Below are positions 1 to 14,439 of a stretch of 64,000 nucleotides of DNA, one piece after another. Numbering within the stretch: the stretch's first letter is position 1; the number at the start of each line of letters is the position of its first letter. A model generated the notes under the pieces. The model was not told the origin of the DNA, did no database searches, and was given only the letters and a program-made list of their open reading frames with translations. This DNA comes from Perna viridis. Taxonomy: Eukaryota. The stretch covers positions 15,190,001-15,254,000 of the forward strand of contig CM074515.1 of the NCBI GenBank assembly GCA_037379345.1. The letters are read 5' to 3'. The translations under genes were made by a program, and so were the position numbers.

Positions 1-844
1 GCTTTCAAATGATGCCAATTTGTATACCTCTACTAAACTAGGAGACTACTAGAAAATAGTCGGGTCATAATGAACTCTTTTCTTGTGCGGGCAGGCGACT
101 GGTTCCCAAAATAGTAGTTTTACACCTTTAAAAGTTGTCACATCTACACGTAATCTACACAAATAAGTATATATTTGTGCAAGTGATTCATACTGCTTTT
201 TTTGCCTGTTTCTACAACAAAAATGAAAGAAGTGAATATTTAATGTTATATTTAAGTCATCAGTCAGTTTTCTGGCATTGCCTCCTGATTAAGTATGATA
301 TAATTCTTTGAATCAGATTCTTCTTGTAATCATTAATGCAATACTATATTGCTCTATTAGATAGTTTCCATCATATTACTCCTGTATCCACTAAACATTG
401 ATTTATAGGTATTAGCAGACAAATTTTCCTGCAGAGTGCCAGAATTATTATGGATATAAATTTCCTGATTTATTTTGTCAGAAGTGGGGTCATCAGCAGT
501 AATACTGATGGGTAGAGGAGATAAGACATGCACACATTCAACAATGTACATTGGTTGTGACCAGGGTATGAACCCCGAGTTGCTTTCAAACTTTTTTTTA
601 TTAGAGAAGAAGTTTACTGCTTCATACTCAGACTGGTTCATTATTTTTTTCAAAAGGCATCTAAAATGGTCTAGTGAGTGGAAATACACATACATGTATT
701 GAACAGGGCCTGATTTGTGAGAATGGGATAGAACATACAGTAGAGTCTGGTTTGTCAATGTGGGATATATCAGAGTCTTATTTGTGGATGTGGTATAGAC
801 CAAAGTCTACTTGGCAGACATTGGATTGAATAGTGTCTTGAATG

Positions 845-1595
845 TGGAAGTGGGATAGAACAGAGTTTGCTGGTTAGGGGAAGTGGGATAGAACAGAGTT
901 TGCTGGTTAGGGGAAGTGTGATAGAACAGAGTTTGCTGGTTAGGGGAAGTGGGATAGAACAGAGTTTGCTGGTTAGGGGAAGTGTGATAGAACAGAGTTT
1001 GCTGGTTAGGGGAAGTGGGATAGAACAGAGTTTGCTGGTTAGGGGAAGTGGGATAGAACAGAGTTTGCTGGTTAGGGGATGTGGGATAGAACAGAGTTTG
1101 CTGGTTAGGGGAAGTGTGATAGAACAGAGTTTGCTGGTTAGGGGATGTGGGATATAAGAGAGTTTGCTGGTTAGGGGATGTGGGATATAAGAGAGTTTGC
1201 TGGTTAGGGGATGTGGGATAGAACAGAGTTTGCTGGTTAGGGGATGTGGGATAGAACAGAGTTTGCTGGTTAGGGGAAGTGTGATAGAACAGAGTTTGCT
1301 GGTTAGGGGAAGTGTGATAGAACAGAGTTTGCTGGTTAGGGGATGTGGGATAGAACAGAGTTTGCTGGTTAGGGGATGTGGGATAGAACAGAGTTTGCTG
1401 GTTAGGGGATGTGGGATAGAACAGAGTTTGCTGGTTAGGGGAAGTGTGATAGAACAGAGTTTGCTGGTTAGGGGAAGTGTGATAGAACAGAGTTTGCTGG
1501 TTAGGGGATGTGGGATAGAACAGAGTTTGCTGGTTAGGGGATGTGGGATAGAACAGAGTTTGCTGGTTAGGGGACGTGGGATAGAACAGAGTCTG
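845..1595. repeat. 33-bp minisatellite (GGGATAGAACAGAGTTTGCTGGTTAGGGGAAGT), about 22-23 copies
   Basis: Near-perfect tandem unit read directly; it explains the periodic ORFs at 770-1697. Confidence 0.97.
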
Positions 1596-1775
1596 GTCAT
1601 TGGAAGTGAGAAAGAACAGAGCTGGCTTGGTTAACATGGGATAGAACAGAGTCTGGTCATTGGAAGTGAGAAAGAACAGAGCTGGCTTGGTTAACATGGG
1701 ATAGAACAGAGTCTGGTCATTGGAAGTGAGAAAGAACAGAGCTGGCTTGGTTAACGTGGGATAGAACAGAGTCTG
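1577..1775. repeat. 60-bp tandem repeat, 3 copies, related to the 33-bp unit
   Basis: GGGATAGAACAGAGTCTGGTCATTGGAAGTGAGAAAGAACAGAGCTGGCTTGGTTAAC recurs with a 60-bp period. Confidence 0.93.
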
Positions 1776-3464
1776 GTTGGTGGATTGGATATGGGATAGA
1801 GCAGACTCTGGTTTGAGGATGTATGATAAAACAGACTCTGGTTAAAGAATGTGGATTAGAACAGATTCTGGTTGATGGATAGAAAAGTTTGGTCTATCAA
1901 GGTCTAGTAGTACAATATAAGCCCTGGTTTGTTGACTTTGGAAGGCATGTGCCTTTATCAGTGGAAATGGTAAGGTACAAGACCTTGTTGGAGAAAACTG
2001 CAAGATACAAGCATTTATTGGAGGAAGTTGTAGGGTACATGCCCTTGTTAGTGGAATTTTGAAGGTAAAAACCTTGGTTAATTTAAGTTGAATAGTACAG
2101 ATCGTGTATGGTAAATGTTGGATGGGGTCTTCGTTGGTTGAAGGTTGATAGGAAAGTTTCTGATTGCTTGTAATAGGAGAGCACATGCCTTTGTTAATGG
2201 GAACATGATAGTACATGCCATAAGAAGGTCTGGTTTAATGAAGTTGTTAATTTTTTTTCCTTGGAAATTGTTGCAGTTGTACTGTGTAAATACACATATG
2301 ATGTTGGGATTCATATTTCTTGAATCACTTGTTCTGTAGAAGTGGAGCATGGTTTATATGAAACCACCATGAATTAGTTTACAGTCAGAAAGTTTTAGCA
2401 CTAAACTAAAATCAATGAATTTCTCGATAAAGTACTGTTATTTTGTCTTTAAGCAGATTAGATGTTTAGCTTGACAAAACCTAGTTTCTGATCAAACATT
2501 GCTCTGAGCTTAAAAAAAATTCATACTATATCAGGTCATAAGAAACCTAAATTGATTTTCTTTCAGGAAGTAGGGATTGTTTATAAGTTTTCAGCTTGTA
2601 ACCAAATCACCTAACAACTTACATTGGTATTTCTGTAAATTGCATTATGGAAAAAAGATACAATATTGTAAGAAACAAGTTGTTACTATAATTATATTAA
2701 AAGTAGTGAGATGAGGTTGATATTGATCTTGTATGCCAGGGTATATTTTTTTCTTTTTAGCTTAGTGAAGCTGGAATAATTTGTAGAACACATTAGGATT
2801 CCTGTTAAGTCACAAATAGATTTTGTCATGTTAAGAAAGTATCGAATCAAAGAAGATGGTCAGACCAGGGTTGTTATTTGAGCACTTTTGAAGCTTGCTG
2901 TTACTCAGCATATGTACACAAATTTATGTGTGTAAATGTTTTGTCTTCTGTGATACTAAGGGATAACAATACAGTTTATATTTTACTTTGAAAAATGTAA
3001 ATATGATATTAGTTAATTACTATTGATTCAATTAATAGGCACCCTTTATTGCTAGTTGTGTGTATGAATATCCATTCTTGTTAAAGAGTGTCATAGTATT
3101 CAACTCTGCTTATTCTGCCTTTATCTTTCATCTTCCTAAATATTGGGCTCTTTAAACATATGTGCAAATATGCGTGTACATGAATCAGAATCATTTGAAG
3201 TACATTCATTTGTGGACTGTTCTATATTATGGAAAAAAGATACAATATTGTAATATCTATATTTATATTATTAAATTCTTCTTACATCTATCTCCTTTAT
3301 TTTGTATCATTAACCCTTATACATGTAGAAGCTTTTTGATGATTTATCCCAGTAGAAATTCTGAGGCCTCTAATATGACTATTTGAATAACAAAATGCAT
3401 AAATTTGTGAAGAGCTTTCTATACCTGGTTTAAATATCGATGCATAAACTGTTAGCACAGGACA

Positions 3465-4170
3465 ACACTTACTGCTTTCCATGGCTCTCAGTACCTTTCT
3501 TGCTGCTTTCCATTGGTATATTACTTACACACTGCTTTCCATGGCTCTCTGTACCTTACCCACTGCTTTACCTTACTCACTGCTCTCCCTCGCTTTCTGT
3601 ACCTTACTCACTACTATTCATGGCTCTCAGTACTTTACTCACTGCATTCCATGGCTCTCAGTCCTTTACTCACTGCTTTATCTTACTCACTGCTCTCCCT
3701 CGCTTTCTGTACCTTACTCACTACTATTCATGGCTCTTGGTACTTTACTCACTGCATTCCATGGCTCTCTGTAACTTCTCTAATGTAGTTCTCTCCAAGG
3801 CTTTCAATACTTTATACTCACTGCATTCCATAGCTCTTTGAATCTTATTCACTGCATTTCATGGCTCTCTGAACCTTACTTACTGTTTTGCATGGATCTC
3901 AGAACTTTACTCACTGCTTTCCATGGCTCTTAGTACCTTACTCACTGCATTCTATGGCTCTTTGATTCAAAGTCACTGTTTTTCATGGTTTTGTGCACTT
4001 TACTCACTGCTTTCTCTAGCTTTCTGTACCTTACTCACTGCATTCTATGGCTCTCTGTAACTCACTACTGTACTTCTCACCAAGGCTTTCAATACTTTAT
4101 ACTCACTGCTTTCCCTAGCTCTCTGTACCTTATTCACTGCATTTCCATGCTCTTTTTACCTTCCTCACTG
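3465..4170. repeat. Degenerate ~31-bp minisatellite with ~110-bp higher-order repeat
   Basis: Recurring TTACTCACTGC(A/T)TTCCATGGCTCTC; the block at 3571 recurs at 3681. Confidence 0.88.
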
Positions 4171-6579
4171 TTCATGACAACAGCCTTGTAAATATTGTCA
4201 TGGCTGTAATGGATCAATAGTGAACATGTGTTATATGTTTTTATCAACATCAGTAGTCATTGTCTCTTTTACTCCCTAATAATTTTTGAGCCATTACCCT
4301 AAATGCTAGTCCATTAATTGACTAAGAGGGTGGAAATCAAATTATTTCTACTTAACTGTGATGATGCTCCAAGCATTATTGATTATAGACTTTGCATATC
4401 AGCATTGCTGATTATGTAATTTCAGGAATGTTTGCTATGTTTAACTAGTGAGAATGCAAGTTTACTAGTATGCTGTGTCTTAAAAACTTGATTTATTTCT
4501 ATTAAAAGTTTTCTTAGGCATGTTGATCACTTGAAGATAGTAGTATGATGCAGTCAAGATTCATAATACTTTAAATTAGTTACATTTTCTTATTGTTTAC
4601 TGTAACTGATGAAAGAGGACCAAACACATTATATACTAATAGTGCTTAGATTTATAAGTTTTTTTGACATCCCTATGTACCTCCATGTTAAATACTACAT
4701 GTATCTATCAATGTTTTCATTCAACATTTACTAATTCTATTAATAAATATACTATGGAATGCAAATCATTATAAACAATTACGAGTACATGTACCTGTAC
4801 TTCTGATATGGATAATGTGAGTAGAAAGTACATGTAGTTGAATTTTACCATATACACTTGCTATGTGACATTGCAGTATAGTGGTGTCAGTTTTGTATTA
4901 ATATTCTCATAGACGTCTATAGTGAAGTGCACATTTTTAGGATATTTAAAAAAAATTGTAAATTGAATTAATAAAACTTTCTCTCATGTAGCATTTCTAA
5001 GGACATGTGAAAATTAATTTGCTACAAAAAAATAGTCAGTTCACGAAAATCGGACAGAAAAGTAGTCTTGAAATATGAATATCCATTTACTCTACTTTCA
5101 CTTTCATTTTGCACTCATCAACCCAACCTTTTCAGAGGAACATTTTTATGTTATAATGTTAAATTTAAATTTCTTAACAAAAAGTTTGTCATCTTACAGT
5201 GTTATGTTTGCTCCATTTTATAAGTCATTGTTCAGATCTTTTTACAAAACATTAATTTGTAAAGAGACCAAAAAGAAAACACACAATATTTTTATACCTT
5301 AGATGTTTTGACATACACCTGCTCTGGGATATGCAATGCAAGACTGGTACCTGGTATAGAAATGGTGTAATGTTTTTATTGAAGAAAATTCCAGTGTATA
5401 TTTGATCTTTATATTATGTTCTCAATCTACAAAGTTTATCTACGTTATAGTCAGACCCAGGTCTCTACAGTCCCTGCTAATGCTTGAAAAAAATGGCTTT
5501 ATTACATAGAAAAAAAAATGGAAATCATCAGAATCCTTTCAGAAGTTCTGAAACTGCCATTTTACAAAATAACGTACATTGCACAAAGAGGGAACAATAC
5601 AGTTTGTACAGAAATTGTCTAATTTAATTATGGAATAAAAAACCAGTTGTGAAATCTCAGTTCCAAACTGCACACACAGCAAATTCTGACAGTAAATGTC
5701 TACACAACTTCCATAGATATTATTGGATATTGTCCTATGAAACAGTTTATGATTGCTGTGTTGGTAGATTGACAGTATTTGGATATCAATTTCCTCATGA
5801 GGCCCATTATTTATCATTTCACTGGACATATCTAGTAAAAGGTCAGACATATATTATAGTGGTTTTTGATAATTGTCCTTTATTGGTGTAGGGTGTTAGA
5901 AAATCTATAACTACAAATATAGGATTGGGTATATTCCAACTACATATTAAAAAGATTGGTGAGTTAACTGCTCACAGTATGCTGAGGCCTTGATTTTAAG
6001 GGGCAACCCCTTATTGAATCATTTGAGAAGTTTCATTGATCTGTAACAATAATGATATACTTGTATTAATATTCAAAATGAAGTGAATTCATAACTCTCT
6101 GAGATGTTTCTTGAAGCAGTATACATTTTAGTCTGTTTTGGAATACAATCTATGTACATGTACATGTATCTAAGATTGAAAGGTTAAAACATGAATGAAA
6201 AATGACATGACCCAACCTGCCACCCCAATTTACATGTAATATTCATGTATTAATTCTTTCTTTCATAGGTCCGATTCTTTATTGAAGGAGGAAGTTCTTG
6301 TATCACTACACACACTTGTTTTGATGTATGAAGGAATTTCTTTAGCAGCAACAGCTTCATTGAAGCAGAATAGAGACACAAAACTTCACTTGAAACTGGT
6401 TCTGAAGCATTGCATAATAATAGAATGATATTGATTAAAACTTGATTTACATGACATATTGTCAATTTCAGAACTATTGTTGTAGCCAATGAATTATTCC
6501 TGTAGGAATTCTATCCTGTAAATGTTATTCCTGGAGAACTTTAATTTGTTGCAGAATATGAATAGGTTTGTATATCAAA

Positions 6580-7250
6580 TTACTAGTGTGACTTCAGTCT
6601 GTACTGCTACCCACTAGTACCTCAGACATGTAAAAAATACAAGTGTGACTTCTGTCTATACTGTTACCCACTTGATAAAGGCCCTTCACTTTTATAATAA
6701 CCAGTGTGACTTTTGTCTGTACTTTACCCACTAGACCAAGTCCCAGACATGTAAAAAATGGTAGTGTTATTTATGTCTGTACTGTCACTAAACAAATGCT
6801 CAAGACTTGTAAAAATTACTAGTGTGACTTCTGTACATGCTGTTACCCACTAGACAGATGATCCAGACTTGTAAAAATAACTAGTGTGTCTTCTGTCTTT
6901 ACTGCTACCCACTAGACCAGTGCTCCAGACTTGTAAAAATAACTAGTGTGACTTCTGTCTGTTCTTTATCCACTAGACCAAGGCCCCAGACTTGTAAAAA
7001 TTCCTAGTGTGACTTCTGCCTATATTATTACTCACTAGATCAATGCCCCAGACATGTAAAAATTACTTATGTGACTTCTGTCTGTATTGTTTCCCACTAT
7101 GCCAAGGTTCTTGACTATTGAAAATTCCTGGTGTGACTTAAGTCCTTACTGCTACCCAATAGACCAAGGCCCTTGACTTGTAAGATTTCCTAGTGTGACT
7201 TCAGTCTGTATTGTTACCCACTAGACCATGGCCCAGACATGTAAAAGTTC
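6580..7250. repeat. ~60-bp minisatellite, about 11 copies
   Basis: TAGTGTGACTTCTGTCTGTACTG..ACCCACTAGACCA..CCCAGAC(A/T)TGTAAAAA repeated. Confidence 0.9.
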
Positions 7251-8184
7251 CTTGTGATGTCAGGAGATTTCATTTTATACAATTTACATGTTGACATCAA
7301 ACATTAGGCTTTTGATGGCAGTGAAGGCCTTTCATGATGCCACCTTTATAATTGACTAACATTGACAAATGCATGTGGCTTGAAAGCACACAATCTCTTA
7401 AATTGTCAGGTATAAACCATTTAGAATATTTTGGACTAGTCAGTTGTGCATTTTATAGACTCCATTTTATGGTTTCTCTGCCCCTTAATGTATCTTTCCC
7501 TGCACTCCATGCTGCAGTGTATCAATCTAAGGAATACTCAAGGTCTCCTCCATCTTCTGTTTTATCACTGTGTTTATCATGCTAAATTTAGCTCTAAGAT
7601 ATTGGAAAGTCATCAATGATTAAATTCTATGGTTTTGATCGTCTCAATTACCCTTAACCAACATGGGGGAGTCCTAAGAATAATTATTGATAGAGTAGTT
7701 GGAGCAAAACAAATTGTTAGTGTAAAACATATACAAAATTTTACACTTCAGGAGGAAATTTTGGCTTTAATTGGATTTTGTACTTGCAGTTTTCTTTGCG
7801 ACTGAGCACCATTCTTATCTTAGATATGATTATGTAATCGTACAAAGAAGTTGATCGATTAGACACAAGCAATTATTCTCAATTGTCAGCTGTCTTGTAT
7901 GAGCTACATCTTAAAATAACCCCATGAATTACACCAATTGATAAAAGAGGATTTGTCTATATATGGTTATAAAAAGACAAGTTTATTTTCATAGTTATGA
8001 CCTTTGGCTTTATTAATTTTGATGTGTCATGCATATTTAAAGATTTTCTAATAGGCACTAGTTTCAAATTTTATTTGATATATATATGTACATGTATAAT
8101 ACGGAAGTCATAAGGGTCCAAACAAAATTTTATTATGTTGTGTTATTTATTGGGTGAAATTTCATTTCCCTTTATTAATAAGTG

Positions 8185-8346
8185 CCAGGGGTGGATCCAA
8201 GATTTGAGTTTGGGGCGTTAATTGAATTAAATTCAGTGCAGAGCCAGGCAAAAAATATTATGGGGTAAAATTTCTGGTAAAAAATTGTTTTCTTACTGAT
8301 TTAGGGGCGCGTACACCCAGTACGACTGTCCTTGGATCCGCGCCTG
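8185..8346. mobile_element. Short MITE-like element
   Basis: Terminal inverted repeat CAGGGGTGGATCCAAG ... CTTGGATCCGCGCCTG. Confidence 0.6.
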
Positions 8347-9219
8347 AGTACCCTTCTATTCAGTGATAAAAATTAGAAGGAGAAAAGGTATGTAATTTGT
8401 AAAATGCATAGTAAGTTGCTAAATTTGATTTGATTCCTTGAATTCCTGCCTGTTCTCATTTCTATACGATCACTATCTTTAATTCCTTGTCTTGTGACCT
8501 CTGGTTGACCTCTGATGGTTGACCTTTCTCCATGCTGTATCTCTTGATGGTCTTGCTGACTTTGATAGCATCACCCAACATTTTATTTGGGGACTGTATA
8601 TGTAAATCAACTCAAGATTGTAGCAATTCAGCTCATTTTCAATATTTAATTAACTGTTTATGAAAATGTTTTCCGCTTTTACTATAATAAACCACATGGT
8701 CTATTAGGACAATCTGGCAATCATGTCTAAAGTGGGTTTTATTATTTTAAACTAAAGTTGTAAAAATCCTTTTCCTCTCCCCTTTATTCTCCTCCTGTTC
8801 AAAAACTTATCTGAAAGTTTTGAAATCGTATCATGATATTTTGAAGTTTTGGCTCAATGACTAAATCTAAGAGAAATCAAAAGTGAATTTTTATTGGACA
8901 ATATGATATTTCATGAGAAGTTTTGACAGCTAACAGATAATTAACAATGACTAAACAGTGAAGTATTTTTCATGATAATGAACAATTTTTTAGATAGTGA
9001 ATGTACCATCAGGTTATTATGATGACACCTTCTGTTGGTTTAATGGTAAATAGTTTTCATTTCAGTCACAGTGAAACATATGTTTTGTTGAACTCCAGAT
9101 GCATTGTGTAGGTGCATTGTATGTTGTTCATATTGTTACACTTTATTTAAGTAATTAAATTTTTTTGCTATTGGATATTGCGTACTAGTGAACTTGCATT
9201 ACAAAGGATGGGATATGAT

Positions 9220-9400
9220 GAAATACAATGAATGCACCAGTATATAACCTTAATACAAAATAGTAAATAGAGATCACCAAAAGGTCTTCTACATGTGTAA
9301 ACACACCTCGAAGTTAGCTCTGAAAGGCCCTGACAAATAAAGTTATAAAATCCATGGTAACAAATCAATAACCCTTCTTCAAAATTAATGAAAAAGTAAA
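9220..9400. repeat. Old dispersed repeat, copy 1 (copy 2 at ~10885-11060)
   Basis: Shared collinear blocks AAATAGTAAATA, AGAGATCACCAAAA, AGCTCTGAAAG, ATCCATGGTAAC, CTTCTTCAAAAT. Confidence 0.65.
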
Positions 9401-12335
9401 ATAACGAAGTGTAAGTTATTGGTACCACATATTGGTACATTATGTACCACTTTTCCATTAGTATGTTAACACTTGGTGTTCTAGTGGCTCAGGTTAAACA
9501 TTTGCTGACATATACAGCTGTACAGTATGGATCATTTTCAACTTTTGTTTTAGTCTAAAACTCTTTTTTATATTACATTTTCAAAGATCACAGGCTGAAG
9601 TTGTTTTCACTGACCTTTGTATATTTCATTTTTTTATTTCTCTGTGGTATGCTTATGTTGTAAATGTTGTAGATAAAGATAGAATATGTTCCTTGATACC
9701 TAGAGAATGGCATGGTAATTCAATCTTATCTATAATTTGAATTTCATTGACTATTTTTGCCTTTACTTTTTCAAGTTTACATTTGATATCATCAGAAAAA
9801 GCAACAACGAGATTTTTGTTCAACTAATCATACTTTTTTTAAGCTTCAATTTCAGCATCATTTGATAAGCATGAATCAACTGTGAAGTAGGTTTTAAGAT
9901 AGGAAGGGTCACATTGGGTCATAATGGATTCTGAGCATACCCCATGATTAACTTTTTGTAAGTTGGACATGGGCCATTAAGATTAAATAACCATTTACCT
10001 TGGAGCATTGTAATGAAGGGAGAAATTGTGATATTTAATCACTTTGCAAATCATTTAAGTGTACATTCATGATATTAATGAATCATTGTTACAAGAGAAA
10101 ACAACAAGATGGAAACATTATGACTCATTTCTCTGACAATGATAATCGACATTGATTTTTCAACATGATTGGGTTGTTCTACATCTGTTGAGGTTAACTT
10201 TAGCTTGGTTGGTTTGGGGTAGGACTTGTCATCATGGAACATGTGGAGTTTTGTCTTTGTTGAATGATCATATTATGCAAATTAGGGGCAGATGGTTTGG
10301 CTATGTCAGGGCATCACTTAGTTATTATGATAATATTCTTTAATTTATTTGATTTCTGGTTCATTTATTAAAGTGGATAATTTTACTAAGGGCTAATGCA
10401 CAGTTAAGAATATGGTCGAACAGTATTTTGTTCTATATGGGATTATTGAACAAGTGATTTTATATCATGATGTAAATGAATAAAAAAAATTTGTATCATT
10501 TGACCATGAAGTGTACTTAAAAATAATACAATGACTCCCTTCCTTATATAGAGTGTAAAGTGCATTGCTAAGTGGTTGATGTACTTTTGTAAGGAAATAT
10601 TCTTAAAAAGACTATAATTAATATCTTCATGACTTCAAGTACATGCATATGGTGTATCTACTTGTATTATTTTTTTTATTTCTCCTATTGTATATCATTC
10701 TGCTGACATGTTCTGTTAAACCAAAATAAAATAAAATGATTGTGATCTAGCTATGGCATATCAGCAGTTGCCAGGGAATATGACCAGAAATTTTTATTAA
10801 TATGACTACACAACTTTTATACTAGTATGCCTGCACTGATAACTGACAATAAATAATCTAGAAAAAGATATGATGAAACGTAACAGATGCACCACTGTGT
10901 AGCCCCTATGAAAATAGTAAATACTTACAGAGATCACCAAAATGTCTACAATAAGTTTAAACACACTTTCGAGTAAGCTCTGAAAGACTGCCTGAGGAAG
11001 AAAATGATATCCATGGTAACCAGAATGATGACACTTCTTCAAAATAAACTAAAAAAGTCAAAATACAGACATAAAGACACATTAAGGACCAACATTGACA
11101 TTCCCAGGCAAATTAATTCATTTCTAACCCAAGTATCATGCTGCAAGTGCAGACAACAACTTAGAAGAAAATGAATTAAAATTATATATATTTCTCACTT
11201 AAGATCGCAAAAGAGTCATTGTGGCTTGCTGTTACTACTTTCATGACATTCTTGACAAGCTCAGAATTTTATTTTGATACTATACATAGTTAGGGAAAGA
11301 AATGATTTTTTTCAATCTATTCTCTACAAATTTGGTTTTTCATTTTTGAATAAAAGCTGAACAAGTATAATCAAATTTATAAATCTTCATAATGACTTAG
11401 CCATGGTCAAACTCCTTTGCACAGTGTATTTTGTCCAAAAGTACTGTGTAATACACCATGTATCTGCAGAGTATACAACATTGACATATTTTGCCTTTAA
11501 AAGAATGACAATATTTTATTTCATAGTGTTTAAAGGAAAATAAACATATCTTCTGAATGTAAATCACTTGTTCTGAAAAAATCTATGAATATAACAAGAA
11601 TAGGTATGATGAATACATGTATGTCAAAGAGACAACAACCTCACTGAGATGAAAATGTCAGAAGTGATTGCTGCATTCTTTCCTTCTAAATCTTGATATT
11701 CAACTTTCCATACTGATATTTCTATCTAAAATACAGACATCTTCAGGTAATAGTACATGGTATCTACAAAACATAAAATTCATTAGGAGAATCAGTCTAC
11801 ATGGTTGTAGCAGACTCTAAGTAGTAGTTTGACATTGAAGACATCCTGATTGATGGAGGTTTCATAGTTTAAGTCAATTATAGATTTATCTGTTTTCAGT
11901 GGAGAGTCAAATACTAGCTGTCATCACCAAATGTCATTATATTAGCTTCTAGTTAATAATGACCACCAGTATGTCTCTTTGTAGGCGTCTTACAGAGACC
12001 ACCGCTATTTGTCATGATATTAGCTTCATACAGACTGCCATATTAGATGAACTAAGGACTGTGTATAGGCTTTTCTGATAGTTGTTTTACTTATAATATA
12101 ATTTTCAAACAACAATATGAGACTTACATAGCCTTTTCAAATCTTGTCTTTGTCATTGTAATGTGAAGGTAAATGATTAATTTTGGAATTATCATTTATG
12201 GGAATCGGGTAGCTGAGATGACTTTAACTTTCAATATTGCAAGATGGTGGCAGTCTTTGAGTGGGAGAGGCTGAATTAAGTCTATACACATTTGTATACA
12301 ATTTTGTTTTTATGTGTACTGCAATAGAACCTTTT

Positions 12336-12810
12336 CTGTAAACCAAGAATTTTTCGCGTGATATAAACTTTTGCAGTTTTCGCGAGGTAAAATCGTGAAA
12401 GTTTATATCCACGAACAAGTTGGGGAAATTGGATTGATCAGGTTGGGTGTCTTGTGTACAATTTTACCATCAAATTTTCAACTTCTGGTTGATCAAATAC
12501 AGTTATCTTTCTCGAAATTGAGTTGGTGTTCACCAAATCATTCACCCCAAAAATATTGATAGGCAGTTGTTAATACAAAGTCAATACAATAAATGGCGGC
12601 TCCCCGTCTTATAGGAGGGATATCTGTAGGAAGACATGACAAGATAAAGAAAGATAACTCATTTTTTTTTGTATTTTATTTGACAAGATAGTCGTAGATC
12701 TGCGAATATTTTCATTGATTTCAATATCGCGAAAAATTAGTATCCTGGGAATCAGTCCATTCAGTAAAATTCACGAAAGTTTACTAATGCGAATATTAGT
12801 TGGGTTACAG
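12336..12810. mobile_element. MITE with CTGTAA termini
   Basis: Starts CTGTAAACCAAGAATTTTTCGCG and ends GCGAATATTAGTTGGGTTACAG followed by TA; CpG-rich subterminal TTCGCG motifs. Confidence 0.65.
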
Positions 12811-14439
12811 TACTTCTTCAAGATGTATGCAGCACCTTCTATGAAAAACTCTTAATAGTTTCCAATCAATTTTTTATGGGTAAAGTATTGCACCTACCTC
12901 TCTGAAATACCAATTTAGCATGAAAAGAATCTTTTATTCATTTAAGGTTTTTGCCAGCTGTCATCATATTCTGGATTTGATATCTTTACTTAAAAGTCTG
13001 ACAGAAAATAACATCAATTGTGTATTTTATTTGACCATGCCCAAGACCAACAGGATTGTGGCCAAAATTGGAAGACTACTAAATAATGGCACATCACCTT
13101 AAATAGTGGTACAGTTGAAACCCATTTCATCATTAATGCTGCATTTTTTTTGTAATGGAACCAAATGTTTATGGTCAAATTATTGATATGATTTTCTACC
13201 AGGGGCAATGCAAGTATTTAGATCTGGAGCGTATGGTAGGTACTGACCCATTACTTTTTGTTGGTACATCATGCAGTACCTAAAATAAAAAAAAAAACAG
13301 TATTTTTCTTTGACAACTAATTAAGACAAGTTCAAAGAACATAGATTTGGGTGTTACGCCTCTGCAGATACCTGTTCTCCTATAGTTTGATAGATAATTT
13401 TAGTACATGTATGTAATTATGAATTAAACTATTGCAACTGATAACAAAATTTTTATTCTTTGTATCCTCAGTTTCACATTTTTGCACCCAGATTCTGATG
13501 CAACAGCTTAATTGATTTATCTTCCAAGTCATTTATATAAATGAAATATTGCCAAGTATTATACACATTGTATGTGTTTACCTTCCACTATTCTCATGGA
13601 AACTTTTTGTGAGGTTACTTCAATTAGAAACCTACCAACTGATTTGTCCAATTTTAATAACATTACCAGCTAACTTAACTCCACCCATCAAATACACATG
13701 TACAAACTGTTTTAGTACCCCATCTCAGTGATGCATGAAATTGCTGTAGAGATAATAATCCTTAGAGTGATGTAGAAGTTATGTAATATATGTCACTGTT
13801 TTCCTCAATGGAATGTTTTAAAGTATATACAAATGTTGTGGTGTGATAACATTGGTATTGACAATATAAGATTTCAGTCTAGATTTAAGGTTCTTTGCTT
13901 AACAAATTCCTTGCATTTGATACATGTAGGTAAAATTACTGTTAGTGAAAAATAGTTTTTTTGTTACTCTAAGATGTACATATTGCAACTATATATATGA
14001 ATATAGAAATGTAGATATTGTAAGATTTTCAAATGAGCCCTTAATTACTATCAAAATTGCTGTAGGCAAATTTGGATCAACATATATTGGGACCTGTTGA
14101 GTGCATTAATGATCTTACCCTTAGAGGTTTCAGATCAAATATTATTGATCCTGATATTTTGAAAGTCGTTCTTCTTCTCTGTTTGAAGCAACCAAAAAGG
14201 TGTGCATTATATTTTATGTTATGGGCATGAATTACAAAAGCATTGCATAAATTGATTTTAGTAAAATATTAAGCTAACACCTTTACTTAAAAGTATCAAA
14301 AACTACTCAGCTCTATGACCTGTACTCTTCTTATAACATCAATTCTTGAATGCCCCTGTAAAGTTTTATTTTAACTTCCATTCAAACTCAAATTTATATC
14401 AAAACTGTGTTGAATCAACAACTATGCCAAATTCCCATT

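Noticed and set aside
770-1697. Long ORFs of 276, 296 and 145 aa with periodic peptides
   Set aside because: They arise from a stop-free 33-bp (multiple of 3) minisatellite that is open on both strands.
3440-4191. Overlapping Leu/His/Cys-rich ORFs
   Set aside because: They are translations of the 31-bp minisatellite.
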